A stretch of 63,057 bases of DNA, counting the filler, from Ferroacidibacillus organovorans (lineage in GTDB: Bacteria > Bacillota > Bacilli > Alicyclobacillales > SLC66), in assembly GCF_001642725.1 (NCBI RefSeq). It is 3 parts of 3 records of this genome, joined end to end, with 100 filler letters (N's around TTAATTAATTAA, not from the genome) between each part and the next. Parts side by side here need not be neighbours in the genome. Positions count along the whole stretch, not along the records: positions 25,840 to 51,135 come from NZ_LSUQ01000037.1; 2 more parts are not named here. One strand, 5' to 3'. The notes beneath the pieces were generated by a model. The model searched no databases and was not told the origin of the DNA. It saw only the letters and a list, made by a program, of their open reading frames with translations. Of this stretch, positions 30,739 to 41,170 are shown one piece after another (the first letter of the stretch is position 1; every line of letters begins with the position of its first letter). Both the position numbers and the translations under genes were made by a program.

Positions 30739-31632
30739 ATGATTGGTCGTTTTTGGATTCGCGTGAGGAGGCGATTCAAGGCTGTGCGCAGAGCCTTCTT
30801 CTTTGCGTTTTTTCTAACACTCCCTAAGCGAACGCTGTCATCTCTGTTGGGACGCCTCATGAGTGTCTCCGCGAGTCGCCACCTTATCCCATACTTTATT
30901 CGCTTTTATCGTGTAAACGTGTCCGAAATTGAAGGAGAGACTTCTGGCTACGCAAATCTATCCCATTTTTTTTCGCGCAAATTGGCCCCTGGCGCGCGTT
31001 CATTTTGCGGTGATGAAAACACGGTGCACAGCCCAGTTGATGCGCGTGTCGCGTCGTGTGGTGAAATTACAAACGATCAAGCGATTCAGGTAAAAGGACA
31101 ATGGTATTCCGTGTCTGCACTCACAGGAATACCGTCCGCTCGCATCGAGGGCGGGGTTTATCTCACGCTCTATCTGAGTCCGCGCGACTATCATCGCATT
31201 CATGCCCCGCTTCCCGGAAAAGTCCTTGCCATCACGCACGTGGCAGGAACCCTATACCCAGTCAATCGCTGCGGAGTTCGATCGGTTCACAAGCTCTTTC
31301 TTAGGAATGAGCGAACGATCACAACGTGCCAATTTGCGAATTCTACGTATCATCTGGTGTGTGTGGGCGCGTTTGGCGTAGGTTCAATTCGCGTGACGGC
31401 ACCTTTCATTGCGCACGCGTATCCGCGAAGACGTCGCGCGAAATTTCACACGCTTTTTTGCGGCTCACACGAAATTGAGCGCGGTGAAGAACTCGGTTAT
31501 TTCTCTTTAGGAAGTACGGTTGTTCTCATTTTTGAAAAAAACCAGTTTGAACGAACGGTCGTCGAAGGCGATGACGTCAAAGCGGGGGATTCCATCGGTC
31601 GATTTCTCACGCTGTCAAAATCATCTCGATGA
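30739..31632 (+). CDS. psd: Phosphatidylserine decarboxylase proenzyme
   Basis: YLSPRDYHRIH, RNER and LGST self-cleavage motif. Confidence 0.92.
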   Translation: MIGRFWIRVRRRFKAVRRAFFFAFFLTLPKRTLSSLLGRLMSVSASRHLIPYFIRFYRVNVSEIEGETSGYANLSHFFSRKLAPGARSFCGDENTVHSPVDARVASCGEITNDQAIQVKGQWYSVSALTGIPSARIEGGVYLTLYLSPRDYHRIHAPLPGKVLAITHVAGTLYPVNRCGVRSVHKLFLRNERTITTCQFANSTYHLVCVGAFGVGSIRVTAPFIAHAYPRRRRAKFHTLFCGSHEIERGEELGYFSLGSTVVLIFEKNQFERTVVEGDDVKAGDSIGRFLTLSKSSR

Positions 31633-31634
31633 TA

Positions 31635-31669
31635 CTCACAGGGACCGCACCATGAGCGGCCCCTGTGAG
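31635..31669. terminator. Stem-loop between convergent psd and small ORFs
   Basis: CTCACAGGGACCGC-N7-GCGGCCCCTGTGAG. Confidence 0.6.
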
Positions 31670-31687
31670 TTAAATGCAAGCAAGGAA

Positions 31688-31792
31688 TTAGCAGGCGTTG
31701 CTCGTTCCAATGCCTGGTACGAGCAGGAAGAATAAAACGAAGATGATCAAGAAAACAACCGCCCAACGCGTATATCCACCGAATGTGCCCAC
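31688..31792 (-). CDS. 34-aa single-pass membrane peptide, copy 2 (not on the ORF track)
   Basis: GAGGAG RBS, GTG start, MGTFGGYTRWAVVFLIIFVLFFLLVPGIGTSNAC; paralogue of the adjacent ORF. Confidence 0.75.
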   Translation of the reverse strand: MGTFGGYTRWAVVFLIIFVLFFLLVPGIGTSNAC

Positions 31793-31841
31793 GTTTTTCA
31801 GCTCCTCACTCTTGATGCCTGCTGTGTAAAATCAACGTGCA

Positions 31842-31961
31842 TCAATACACGGGAACCGTTGTGCATTGCTGCGTGTAGCCTGGGATGAGCAAGAAGAAGA
31901 GCACAAAGATGATCAGAAATACAACCGCCCAACGCGTGTATCCTCCGAATGTACCTTCCAT
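31842..31961 (-). CDS. 39-aa single-pass membrane peptide, copy 1
   Basis: AAAGGAGG RBS, MEGTFGGYTRWAVVFLIIFVLFFLLIPGYTQQCTTVPVY. Confidence 0.78.
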   Translation of the reverse strand: MEGTFGGYTRWAVVFLIIFVLFFLLIPGYTQQCTTVPVY

Positions 31962-32052
31962 GAGGTGACTCCTCCTTTGTTGTAGGGTGATTACATAGGT
32001 AATGGATGCATAAAAAAGGCTCATTGAAAGGTACATTCGCCCGCTTCAACAC

Positions 32053-32216
32053 AAAAAACCCTCCTCGCCCGGGTACGCGAGGAGGGAGCTCTGTGCAACA
32101 ACTTCATCTGGATTGGATGGTCCTATGTAGTGACGCACAGAGCGACTGGGAGAGGAGAAACCGGAAGAACATGTCAATCTGACACGCTCTCTGGTTGCCT
32201 TGCGGCATCGCTGCCA
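32053..32216 (-). ncRNA. csfG: CsfG-like forespore sRNA (antisense to the so-called ylbH leader)
   Basis: Divergent from rsmD/ylbH; pyrimidine motif UUCCGGUUUCUCCUCUCCCAG; sigma-F promoter upstream; CCCTCCTCGC...GCGAGGAGGG-T6 terminator; 5' end approximate. Confidence 0.75.
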
Positions 32217-32222
32217 CATCGT

Positions 32223-32252
32223 TAGTTTGGCCAATGGAAGTTTGTGCTATAC
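32223..32252 (-). promoter_or_regulatory. Sigma-F promoter
   Basis: GTATA-15-GGCCAAACTA matches the GYATA-N15-GGnnAnAHTA consensus. Confidence 0.75.
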
Positions 32253-32344
32253 CTTTAGGCGTGGTTTAACGCTGTGATTTTCATTGTGGTAAAGTGAGCA
32301 GAGAGAAATGTATCTTTGGATTTGAAACCTAAGGAAGTGTCACG

Positions 32345-32938
32345 ATGCGCGTCATTGCGGGGACAAAACGGGGCAGAACGCTCATTGCTCCCAAAGGAGA
32401 TGAGACGCGCCCTACCCTTAATCGAGTGAAGGAGGCACTTTTTTCGCGAATCGGTCCCTACTTTGACGGTGGAATGGGCCTCGACTTGTTTGCCGGATCA
32501 GGCGCACTTGGCATCGAAGGGATCAGTCGCGGCCTTGAAAAGGTGATTTTTGTTGACGCGCGGACGGGAAGTGTTATACGTGACAACCTCGCGCGACTGG
32601 ACTGTGATTCACAGGCGGATGTGTGGACGATGGATTATCTTCGCGCACTGCATCGGCTTACTCGGGAATGTGTAAAAATTGATGTGGCATTTCTCGATCC
32701 GCCTTATGCACTTTGGCATCGCGCGCCTCTGCTCGATCAACTGTCTGACGCGTCGATTCTTCGTGAAGAGGCGACTGTGGTGGCCGAGATGGGGCGAGAT
32801 AAAGACACGCCAATGGCGCACGGGTATGAATTGCTGCGCGAGTCGCTGTATGGTGAAACGAAGCTTTGCGTGTACCGCTATTGCGGAACTGCCGATTTTT
32901 TCGTGGAAGACACAATCGATTCTCAATTGGAAAGGTGA
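32345..32938 (+). CDS. rsmD: 16S rRNA m2G966 methyltransferase
   Basis: MRVIAG, TRPT, LDLFAGSG and DPPY motifs. Confidence 0.95.
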   Translation: MRVIAGTKRGRTLIAPKGDETRPTLNRVKEALFSRIGPYFDGGMGLDLFAGSGALGIEGISRGLEKVIFVDARTGSVIRDNLARLDCDSQADVWTMDYLRALHRLTRECVKIDVAFLDPPYALWHRAPLLDQLSDASILREEATVVAEMGRDKDTPMAHGYELLRESLYGETKLCVYRYCGTADFFVEDTIDSQLER

Positions 32939-32946
32939 TCGATCTC

Positions 32947-33435
32947 GTGCGCATTGCCGTATACCCTGGAAGTTTTGACCCGCTCACGCTCGGGCACCTT
33001 GATGTCGTGACGCGCGGGGCGAAGATGTTTGATCACGTCGTGGTGGCTGTCCTTGTCAATCTGAAGAAGACGCCGCTTTTCACATCCGAAGAACGCACCG
33101 CGCTGATTCGCGAGAGTGTAAAAGATCTTCCCAACGTGAGTGTCGATTCCTTTTCGGGTCTTCTCGTAAATTACTTACAAGAAAAACAGGCGACGGTGAT
33201 CATCCGCGGCTTGCGCTTTATCAGCGACCTTGAAACGGAGCTTCAAATGGCATCCATGAATCGCGAGTTAATGCCAGAGTCAGAAACCATCTTCATTCCA
33301 ACAAACCATGAGTTTTCTTATTTGAGTTCCAGTCTTATTAAAGAGATTGCGCGTCACCGCGGTGATGTTTCACGCTTTGTGCCGGGCAATGTTCTGCACG
33401 CGCTTCGCGAAAAACAGGAAGAGCGGTTTGGCTGA
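32947..33435 (+). CDS. coaD: Phosphopantetheine adenylyltransferase
   Basis: YPGSFDPLTLGHLD, IRGLR and LSSSLIKE motifs. Confidence 0.96.
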   Translation: MRIAVYPGSFDPLTLGHLDVVTRGAKMFDHVVVAVLVNLKKTPLFTSEERTALIRESVKDLPNVSVDSFSGLLVNYLQEKQATVIIRGLRFISDLETELQMASMNRELMPESETIFIPTNHEFSYLSSSLIKEIARHRGDVSRFVPGNVLHALREKQEERFG

Positions 33436-33448
33436 ATCGGGGTGGACG

Positions 33449-34249
33449 ATGGTGAGTAAGATGAAACTTGGCGTCGCTCTTGGCAGCGGAGGAACGCGCG
33501 GGTTTGCGCATGTCGGCGTGTTGCAAGTTTTGGAAGAAGCCGGATTTGAACTTCACGCGATTGCAGGCTCGAGCATGGGCGCGCTGATCGCCTCCCTCTA
33601 TGCGACAGGAGCTCCTGTTCACCATATGGAACAACTCGCGACACATTTGCCAATCGCTCGTTGGATGGATGTCACGTTTCCGAAGATGGGCTTGGTGACA
33701 GGCGTAAAACTTCACGAGTTGATCAAAATATTGACAAAGCGAAAAACATTTGATCAGTGCAAAATTCCGCTCGCCGTTGTTGCGACTGATCTTGAACTCG
33801 GAGAACGCGTCGTACTCACGGAAGGTTTTGTTCACGACGCAGTGCGTGCGAGTATTGCCATTCCTGGGATTTTCGTTCCTCATCGGATCAATCAGCGCCT
33901 TTTGATCGATGGCGGGGTCATCGATCGCGTGCCGATTCACGCGACGCGCAGTCTCGGGGCAGACTTCGTGCTCGCGGTAGATGTGGGACTGTTCGATCGG
34001 TTACCACCGGTCAGGCATGTGTTTGACGTCATCGTTCAATCGATTGACATCATGGAGCGCGAAATTTTCCGTCATCGCATTCTCGATGCAGATTTTGTGA
34101 TTCGTCCGGAACTCGCTTTGATGAGTTCCACGACGTTTCACGGCATCGCCGGGGCGATCGAGGCGGGGCGTGACGCAGCGCGCAAGGCCATTCCTGAGCT
34201 TAGGGAGAAACTGGCGAGTGTTGAAGAAGCGGCGCGCGGTCGCTCGTGA
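33449..34249 (+). CDS. Patatin-like phospholipase (YlbK-like)
   Basis: GSGGTRG, GSSMG and DGG motifs. Confidence 0.92.
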   Translation: MVSKMKLGVALGSGGTRGFAHVGVLQVLEEAGFELHAIAGSSMGALIASLYATGAPVHHMEQLATHLPIARWMDVTFPKMGLVTGVKLHELIKILTKRKTFDQCKIPLAVVATDLELGERVVLTEGFVHDAVRASIAIPGIFVPHRINQRLLIDGGVIDRVPIHATRSLGADFVLAVDVGLFDRLPPVRHVFDVIVQSIDIMEREIFRHRILDADFVIRPELALMSSTTFHGIAGAIEAGRDAARKAIPELREKLASVEEAARGRS

Positions 34250-34280
34250 TGAACGCAGCGCTTGAACGAAAGATAAGAGG

Positions 34281-35366
34281 TTGTGTCTCATGAACGATGT
34301 CTTTGATAAAACGAAGCGTTCGCGAAGGCGAGTAAAGATATTCCAGTTCTCGCTCCTCGCGCTTCTCGTACTAGCGGTAGTTGCACTCTACATACCGCTT
34401 CCATACTATGTTTTTTCGCCCGGACTCGCAGAAGCGGTCGCCCCGATCGTTCGGGTGCAGGGCGGCCATCGCGATGAGCGAGGAAAGTTTATGCTCACGT
34501 CGGTGTACGTCACCTACGCGGATAATATCTACGACTTTATCGGCGCGCTGATGATTCCTCACCACCAAGTGTTGAGCGTAAAGCAAGTGTCTGGTGGATT
34601 GCCAAATTCCCTCTACAATCAGATCGAGGAGTACATGATGTCGCAAGCCAAAATTGACGCGGAGGTCGCCGCTTTTCGCTATCTCCACAAACCGTATCGC
34701 CTCGCGAATCAAGGTGTCACTGTGATTGCGCTTGACGAAAAAGAGAATCCCGCGTCGCCACTCTTGCCAGGTGATGTCCTCCTGAGTGTCAACCGTGTGC
34801 GCATTCGAACAGTTGTGGGGTTGTTGGATGTCCTCGCGCGACTGCGTCCAGGTGTCTCCATTTCGGTGGATGTCTTGCGAAGTGGCAAGGTAAGGCATCT
34901 TCAAATGCACACGGTTTCACTGTCAGAAGGCGCGGCAAAACCGCACACAGGTCTTGGCATCTACCCGGCTCAAGAGACAAACTTGATCACGGCAAACCCT
35001 GTATCCATAAAGACTGGACAGCTTGATGGGCCCTCAGCTGGTCTTATGTTCTCGCTTGAAATTATCAATCAGCTCGCACCAACGGATCTTACGCGCGGTT
35101 ATAAAATTGCGGGTACAGGAACCATTAATTCAAATGGAGTGGTCGGACAGATCGGCGGTGTTACCCATAAAGTCATCGCGGCGGTTAACGCAGGCGCATC
35201 GTACATGTTTGTGCCAGCTGATCGCGCGCCGGGAGATACGAATGAGGCGCATGCATTGGCGGAAGTGAAAAAGGACCATCTCAATATTACGATTGTCCCT
35301 GTCAGCACACTTGCTCAGGCAGTTTCCTTTTTAGAAAAATTGCCGCCGAAAAAGGCGACATCGTAA
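34281..35366 (+). CDS. PDZ/Lon-domain membrane serine protease (YlbL-like)
   Basis: N-terminal TM, PDZ segment, GPSAG, GTGTI and GQIGGVTHK motifs. Confidence 0.9.
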   Translation: MCLMNDVFDKTKRSRRRVKIFQFSLLALLVLAVVALYIPLPYYVFSPGLAEAVAPIVRVQGGHRDERGKFMLTSVYVTYADNIYDFIGALMIPHHQVLSVKQVSGGLPNSLYNQIEEYMMSQAKIDAEVAAFRYLHKPYRLANQGVTVIALDEKENPASPLLPGDVLLSVNRVRIRTVVGLLDVLARLRPGVSISVDVLRSGKVRHLQMHTVSLSEGAAKPHTGLGIYPAQETNLITANPVSIKTGQLDGPSAGLMFSLEIINQLAPTDLTRGYKIAGTGTINSNGVVGQIGGVTHKVIAAVNAGASYMFVPADRAPGDTNEAHALAEVKKDHLNITIVPVSTLAQAVSFLEKLPPKKATS

Positions 35367-35406
35367 ACGGGCGGGTCACGGGGAGGCTGTCGTTAGAAAT
35401 GGCGCA

Positions 35407-35435
35407 TTGACAGCGCACAGCGTTACCCGTATACT
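35407..35435 (+). promoter_or_regulatory. Sigma-A promoter for the yceD-rpmF-fap operon
   Basis: TTGACA-17-TATACT. Confidence 0.8.
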
Positions 35436-35466
35436 ACTTTCTGTCGTGAATGGAGTGAAAGATCTT

Positions 35467-35997
35467 TTGAAAATCGCATGGTCTGATGCGGAGAGACCTG
35501 ACGGAGTGCATCTCTGCGACAAGGTAGAGATGACGGAGGAATTTGACGAGGCGAGTGGTGTCGCGTCAATGGAACCACTCCTCGTGGATGTCAAAGCGGT
35601 TGCAGACGCGACTGAACTGACGCTTGCGGGTCACGTGGAAGCGCGCGTCAATTTTCGCTGTGTGCGCTGTCTTGAACCGTTTTCTTCACGCATTCTAGCA
35701 TCGTTTCAAGAGGTGTTTTGCCGAACGAAATTGACCGCAGAGCAAGAAGAAGCCGAAGTGATCCACTGGGTTGATCGCGATGTAACGATCGATGCTTATG
35801 CGATTCAGGCTGTTTTGCTTGCGTTGCCGATGAACCCGCTTTGTAAACCGGATTGTCTAGGCTTATGTCCAGAGTGCGGTGTAAATCGCAATGAGGTGCG
35901 TTGCTCGTGTAACGTAGAACCGATCGATCCGCGTTGGGATGAATTGGCAAATCTATTTCAATCCGATAGGTCATCCGAAATTTCGGATAAGAAGTGA
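35467..35997 (+). CDS. YceD/DUF177 family protein (YlbN-like)
   Basis: [18 protein letters not shown] and DPRW motifs; start placed downstream of the promoter. Confidence 0.9.
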   Translation: MKIAWSDAERPDGVHLCDKVEMTEEFDEASGVASMEPLLVDVKAVADATELTLAGHVEARVNFRCVRCLEPFSSRILASFQEVFCRTKLTAEQEEAEVIHWVDRDVTIDAYAIQAVLLALPMNPLCKPDCLGLCPECGVNRNEVRCSCNVEPIDPRWDELANLFQSDRSSEISDKK

Positions 35998-36007
35998 GGT
36001 GGATTCA

Positions 36008-36190
36008 GTGGCAGTACCACAGCATAGAACGTCCAAAACTCGGAAACGCCTTCGCCGCACCCACTTTAAATTGTCTGTGCCGGGAATGGTTGAATGCCCC
36101 GAGTGTCACGAAATGAAATTGTCTCACCGCGTATGTCCAAACTGCGGCACCTACAAGCGTAAAGCAGTTGTCGCGACGGAGCGCGCGTAG
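36008..36190 (+). CDS. rpmF: 50S ribosomal protein L32
   Basis: (M)[18 protein letters not shown]...CPEC...CPNCG. Confidence 0.97.
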   Translation: MAVPQHRTSKTRKRLRRTHFKLSVPGMVECPECHEMKLSHRVCPNCGTYKRKAVVATERA

Positions 36191-36265
36191 TAAGCAGAGA
36201 GGGTCTTGGCGTTTACGCGTCCATGGCACTCTTTTTTTATGATGAGCATACGGGGTGGTCTGCGC

Positions 36266-36859
36266 ATGTCAACTCAAAAAAAGACGCGACACGAACGGCT
36301 TTTGCACATCATTGAGAGTGAACCCCTTTTAAAAGATGAAGAACTCGCAGAGCGGCTCGCAGTCAGTGTTCAGACGATTCGCCTCGATCGCTCGCAGTTG
36401 GGGATTCCTGAGGTGCGCGAACGAATGCGGCGCGCCGCGACAACTCATTTTGGGTCTCCGCGAGCGCTTGAAGTCGGTGAGGTTGTCGGTGAAATTATTG
36501 ATCTTGAAATTGGACGTCACGGATTGTCCGTCTTTGACGCGGGCGCAGAGCACGCATTGTCGCGTTCGCACATTGTGCGCGGGCATCACCTGTTTGCGCA
36601 GGCAAACACGCTTGCCGCTGCGATTGTCGATGCAAAGCAGGCGCTTACGGCAAGGGTGACGGTGCGTTTTTTTCGCGTGGCGCACGTCGGTGATCGCCTG
36701 ATTGCAAAGGCGACAGTCACTGGCACGCGCGCCGATTTTGTTCGCGTCGCGGTGCGAACGCGCGTTGGCAATCAAGAAGTCTTACAGGCCGATTTTCTTT
36801 TAATGCAGGGATCGGGAGAAGCGGAACGGGGGGGAGAACTTCGTGAGACTCGCCATTGA
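36266..36859 (+). CDS. fapR: Fatty acid biosynthesis regulator FapR
   Basis: VSVQTIRLDR...GIPE.RER and RGHHLFAQAN motifs. Confidence 0.93.
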   Translation: MSTQKKTRHERLLHIIESEPLLKDEELAERLAVSVQTIRLDRSQLGIPEVRERMRRAATTHFGSPRALEVGEVVGEIIDLEIGRHGLSVFDAGAEHALSRSHIVRGHHLFAQANTLAAAIVDAKQALTARVTVRFFRVAHVGDRLIAKATVTGTRADFVRVAVRTRVGNQEVLQADFLLMQGSGEAERGGELRETRH

Positions 36860-37847
36860 TGTGATGGGCGGCGATCATGCTCCCATGGCGCCAATTGAAG
36901 GCGCTATACGGGCTGCGCTTGAACATAAGCAGGTTGAATTTATCCTGGTGGGGCGCGAAGAAGCGATTGAACAACACCGCTCGAATTTTCCATCGAACAT
37001 ACGCGTGAGGCATGCCCCCGATGTGATCGCGTCGGACGCGGAACCGGTGCGCTCTGTACGCCGACAGCCTGATTCTTCAATGGTCGTCGCCGCGACACTC
37101 GTTCGCGATAACGTTGTCGATGGCATGGTGTCGGCAGGAAACACAGGCGCTTTTATGGTAGCCGGATTGCTGTTTGTTGGCCGTATGCAGGGGATTGATC
37201 GTCCAGCCTTAGCAGGACTCCTGCCATCCTTTCAAGGCAATGGCGTCCTTCTGCTCGACGCGGGCGCAAACACGGATTGTACGGACGCTCACTTGTTGTC
37301 ATTTGCCAAGATGGGACAGGCGTATGCGCAGGTAGCTATGAAAATTGAGCGCCCGCGGATAGGGCTTATCAATATCGGGGCTGAGCCGAACAAAGGCAAT
37401 GAGGTAGTCAAGTCAGCCTATCGCTTGTTAAAACGTGAGATGGAAGGGTTCGTCGGAAACGTCGAATCGCGAGAAATGCTGCGTGATGTGTGCGATGTCG
37501 CGGTGTGCGATGGTTTTGTCGGCAATACACTCGTTAAATTTTATGAGGGCGCAGGCGCCGGTCTTTTTGATGAATTGCGCGCCATGTTTATGCAGACGCG
37601 CTTGACGCGCTTGACGGCACTTTTCTTGCGCCAAGGGCTGAAGCGGTTTAAGATGCGCTTTGACTATGCGGAGTATGGCGGTGGCCCGTTTTTAGGCGTG
37701 AACGGCATTCTTGTGAAGGCACACGGCTCATCGAGTCCGCGCGCGTTTCAAGTGACGATCAACCAGGCGATAAAAATGCATCAGAATGGTCTGATTCACG
37801 CTCTGCAAGAGGCCATCGCCAATCGACCTGAGACGGGGGAGACCTGA
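36843..37847 (+). CDS. plsX: Phosphate acyltransferase PlsX
   Basis: DVMGGDHAP, SAGNTGA, DGFVGN and KAHGSS motifs. Confidence 0.96.
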   Translation: MRLAIDVMGGDHAPMAPIEGAIRAALEHKQVEFILVGREEAIEQHRSNFPSNIRVRHAPDVIASDAEPVRSVRRQPDSSMVVAATLVRDNVVDGMVSAGNTGAFMVAGLLFVGRMQGIDRPALAGLLPSFQGNGVLLLDAGANTDCTDAHLLSFAKMGQAYAQVAMKIERPRIGLINIGAEPNKGNEVVKSAYRLLKREMEGFVGNVESREMLRDVCDVAVCDGFVGNTLVKFYEGAGAGLFDELRAMFMQTRLTRLTALFLRQGLKRFKMRFDYAEYGGGPFLGVNGILVKAHGSSSPRAFQVTINQAIKMHQNGLIHALQEAIANRPETGET

Positions 37848-38794
37848 TGAAAACGGCCTATGTCTTTCCTGGCCAAGGATCGCAATATGTTGGCATGGGT
37901 GCGGCGTTGGCAGAAATGGACCCGCTCGCTTGCGAACTGTTTGACGAGGCAGACGCGGCGCTTGGTTTTTCGCTGCGCGCGATTTTTCTTGAAGGCACGA
38001 GTGACCAGCTGCGTTTAACGTATTATACCCAGCCAGCCATTCTGACCGTTAGCGTGATCGCGTATCGCCTTGCGGTCAAACATGGATTCCCCATACCTGA
38101 CTACGCGCTCGGCCACAGCCTCGGTGAATACAGCGCCTTGGTGGCGGCGGGTGTGCTCACCTTTTCTGACGCGGTTCGCCTTGTTCATAAACGCGGTCAT
38201 TTCATGGATGAAGCGGTGCCGGCAGGAATTGGCGCGATGGCGGCGGTCTTGGGCGCCGACCTTCTAGCGCTTGCGTCTTTGTGTCGGGAGATTGCGAATG
38301 AACTCTCAGAAGTGGTGGAGATCGCGAATGAAAACTGCCCTGGACAGGTTGTCGTGTCTGGCCATAAGGCGGCGGTTTCTCGCCTTGTTGAACGCGCGAA
38401 AGAGGCAGGTGCGAAGCGGGCAATTCCGCTTGATGTGAGTGGTCCCTTTCACTCTTCGCTGATGGCGCCGGCGGGCGCGCGACTGGCGGCGGAGCTTGCC
38501 GGTGTCGAACTGCGCAAAGCGGCGTTTCCGATTGTGGCAAACGTTTCTGCCGAGCCGCTTACCGAGCCGGATGATATTCGCCTCGCACTGGTACAGCAAA
38601 TTTCAAAACCAGTTTTATTTGAGGCGGGGATCAGGCAGCTGCTCGGACAAAGTGTTCAGACATTTGTCGAGATGGGGCCAGGCAGTGTGCTGTCGGGGCT
38701 TATAAAGAAAATTGATCGGCAAGCGACAACGCAGCGCATTGAAGATGATGGAACGTTTACGCAAGCAAAGGCGGCTATTTTGGGGGTGTCGTGA
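37847..38794 (+). CDS. fabD: Malonyl-CoA:ACP transacylase
   Basis: FPGQGSQ, GHSLGE and SGPFHS motifs. Confidence 0.96.
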   Translation: MKTAYVFPGQGSQYVGMGAALAEMDPLACELFDEADAALGFSLRAIFLEGTSDQLRLTYYTQPAILTVSVIAYRLAVKHGFPIPDYALGHSLGEYSALVAAGVLTFSDAVRLVHKRGHFMDEAVPAGIGAMAAVLGADLLALASLCREIANELSEVVEIANENCPGQVVVSGHKAAVSRLVERAKEAGAKRAIPLDVSGPFHSSLMAPAGARLAAELAGVELRKAAFPIVANVSAEPLTEPDDIRLALVQQISKPVLFEAGIRQLLGQSVQTFVEMGPGSVLSGLIKKIDRQATTQRIEDDGTFTQAKAAILGVS

Positions 38795-39537
38795 TGGAGC
38801 TTCAGAACCGCGTCGCGATTGTCACAGGTGCGTCAGGTGGAATTGGTTCAGCGACCGCCAGAGAGCTTGCTGAGGCCGGAACGCGCTTAGTTTTAGCGTA
38901 TCATCACGGTGGTGAGCGCGCCGAGGCGCTCGCCGCAGAGATTCGTGCGCGCGGGGGCGAATGCACCGTCGCGCAGGCGGATGTCTCGACAAAAGAAGGT
39001 GCGGGCATCCTCGCGAAAACGGCTGTTGAGGCGTATGGCGGGATCGACATCCTGGTGAATAATGCGGGTGTGACGCGTGACGGACTGTTTTTGCGAATGA
39101 AAGAAGAGGATTGGGATCAGGTCATTGACACGAATTTGAAGTCTGTCTTTCTCTGTTCCCAGGCAGCCTCAAAATATCTCATGCGCAGTGCGTACGGGCG
39201 CATCATCAACATCGGATCGGTTGTCGGTTTGACGGGCAATGCCGGGCAGGCTAACTACGTTGCGGCAAAGGCGGGGCTCGTTGGCCTGACAAAAACGCTT
39301 GCGCGTGAACTCGCGGCGCGCAAGGTTACGGTCAACGTCATCGCTCCCGGGTATATCACAACTCGCATGACCGAAAGCATTGCGCCAGAGCTGAGCGAAA
39401 AGATGGCAGAACAAATCCCGCTCGGACGTCTGGGGCAACCGGGGGATGTTGCGGCGCTTATTCGCTTTCTGGCCGGGGATCGCGCGTCGTATATAACCGG
39501 ACAAGTATTGCAAGTCGACGGCGGGTTAGTCATGTAG
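38791..39537 (+). CDS. fabG: 3-oxoacyl-ACP reductase
   Basis: [20 protein letters not shown]; operon context. Confidence 0.95.
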   Translation: MMELQNRVAIVTGASGGIGSATARELAEAGTRLVLAYHHGGERAEALAAEIRARGGECTVAQADVSTKEGAGILAKTAVEAYGGIDILVNNAGVTRDGLFLRMKEEDWDQVIDTNLKSVFLCSQAASKYLMRSAYGRIINIGSVVGLTGNAGQANYVAAKAGLVGLTKTLARELAARKVTVNVIAPGYITTRMTESIAPELSEKMAEQIPLGRLGQPGDVAALIRFLAGDRASYITGQVLQVDGGLVM

Positions 39538-39562
39538 TATACTCTGGCAAGGAGGTGACAGT

Positions 39563-39796
39563 ATGTCCGATGTATTCGAGCGCGTAAAGCGTATTGTTGT
39601 GGACCGCCTCGGCGTGGAAGAGTCGCAGGTTGCGTTAAATGCGTCCTTTAAAGATGATTTGGGGGCCGACTCGCTGGATGTTGTGGAGTTGGTAATGGAA
39701 CTGGAAGATGAGTTCGATCTTGAAATCTCAGATGAAGATGCGGAAAAGATCACAACAGTTGGCGATGTTGTACAGTACATTCAGTCTCGCGAGTAA
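39563..39796 (+). CDS. acpP: Acyl carrier protein
   Basis: [17 protein letters not shown]. Confidence 0.98.
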   Translation: MSDVFERVKRIVVDRLGVEESQVALNASFKDDLGADSLDVVELVMELEDEFDLEISDEDAEKITTVGDVVQYIQSRE

Positions 39797-39814
39797 TCTT
39801 TTATTTATACGAGT

Positions 39815-39836
39815 CCCCGCCCCGTGCGGGGCTTTT
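39815..39836 (+). terminator. Intrinsic terminator after acpP
   Basis: CCCCGC-N5-GCGGGG-CTTTT. Confidence 0.6.
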
Positions 39837-39925
39837 CTGGTCATGGACGAGAATCGCGATTGCGTGAGGAATTTTGATTCGCGAAGGTATCTATGAATCA
39901 CGGTGTACTGAAGGAGGAGTGACAT

Positions 39926-41170
39926 ATGTCGATGCGCCGCGTAGTCGTAACAGGAATGGGTGCAGTCACACCTGTTGGTATAGGCGTTTCCTCTTTTTGG
40001 GAATCGCTAAAAACAGGGAAGTCGGGTGTTCGCCGCATTGAATCGTTTGATGTGACGGATTATCCGACAAAAATTGCCGCAAGTATCCCTGGGTTTTCGC
40101 CAGAGGATTACATCGATCGAAAAGAAGCGCGCAGGATGGATCGCTTTGTCCAGTTTGCCGTGGCTGCGGCGAAAATGGCAATGGATCAAGCGGGTCTTGT
40201 GATTACGGAAGAAGTGGCTCCGCGTGTCGGCGTATATATTGGTTCGGGCATTGGCGGTCTCGCAACGCTTGAAGACCAACATCGGACGCTTCTGGAACGC
40301 GGACCAAAACGGGTGAGTCCTTTTTTTATTCCGATGATGATCGGTGACATGGCGTCTGGCCAAGTATCGATTCTCTTTGGGGCACAGGGGCCAAACAGCG
40401 CGCCCGTTTCGGCCTGCGCTACGGGTTCGAATTCGATTGGCGACGCTTATCAAATGATTGCGCGCGGTGCCGCAGACGCGATGATTTGCGGAGGTGCAGA
40501 AGCGACCATTACCCCTCTGGCGTTGGCAGGGTTTTGTTCTGCCAAAGCACTGTCTGAGCGAAATGAGGAACCAGAGCGCGCGAGCCGCCCTTATGATCGC
40601 GCGCGCGACGGATTTGTCATGGGCGAAGGTGCGGGGATTCTGGTCATTGAAGAGTATGCGTTTGCCAAGGCACGCGGGGCTGAAATTCTCGCCGAAGTTG
40701 TCGGATACGGCATGAGTGGGGATGCGTATCACCTCGTGCAACCGGCGCCAGAAGGAGCTGGCGCGGCGCGCGCGATGCGTGCGGCGCTTACTGACGCACG
40801 CCTCAATCCAGAGCAGATCGGGTATATCAACGCGCACGGCACATCGACGCAAATAGGCGATGTGGCGGAGTCGCAAGCGGTTGAATCGATTTTTAAGGAA
40901 GCTGCCAAACATACGCCTGTGAGTTCCACAAAATCGATGACAGGACACTTGCTCGGTGCGGCAGGTGGCATCGAGGCGATTGCGGCGGTCATGGCGCTGC
41001 GCGAAGGGATCCTCCCTCCTACGATCAACCTTGATGAAAAGGATCCTGAGTGTCGCTTGGACTACATTCCAAATGTTGCCCGCGAGGCTACAGTGCACTA
41101 TGCGATGTCAAATTCGTTTGGGTTTGGCGGTCATAATGCAACCTTGATTTTTGCGAAGACGAATGCGTGA
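39926..41170 (+). CDS. fabF: Beta-ketoacyl-ACP synthase II
   Basis: [21 protein letters not shown] and NSFGFGGHN motifs. Confidence 0.96.
   Translation: MSMRRVVVTGMGAVTPVGIGVSSFWESLKTGKSGVRRIESFDVTDYPTKIAASIPGFSPEDYIDRKEARRMDRFVQFAVAAAKMAMDQAGLVITEEVAPRVGVYIGSGIGGLATLEDQHRTLLERGPKRVSPFFIPMMIGDMASGQVSILFGAQGPNSAPVSACATGSNSIGDAYQMIARGAADAMICGGAEATITPLALAGFCSAKALSERNEEPERASRPYDRARDGFVMGEGAGILVIEEYAFAKARGAEILAEVVGYGMSGDAYHLVQPAPEGAGAARAMRAALTDARLNPEQIGYINAHGTSTQIGDVAESQAVESIFKEAAKHTPVSSTKSMTGHLLGAAGGIEAIAAVMALREGILPPTINLDEKDPECRLDYIPNVAREATVHYAMSNSFGFGGHNATLIFAKTNA

Noticed and set aside
31688..31961. Duplicated sequence as a CRISPR array or non-coding repeat
   Set aside because: Only two copies, and the differences are mostly synonymous, so these are paralogous coding genes.
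35407..35466. ORF-track start of the DUF177 gene at TTG 35407
   Set aside because: That TTG is part of the -35 box of the promoter; the real start lies downstream.
40007..41098. 363-aa minus-strand ORF
   Set aside because: Antisense shadow of fabF.
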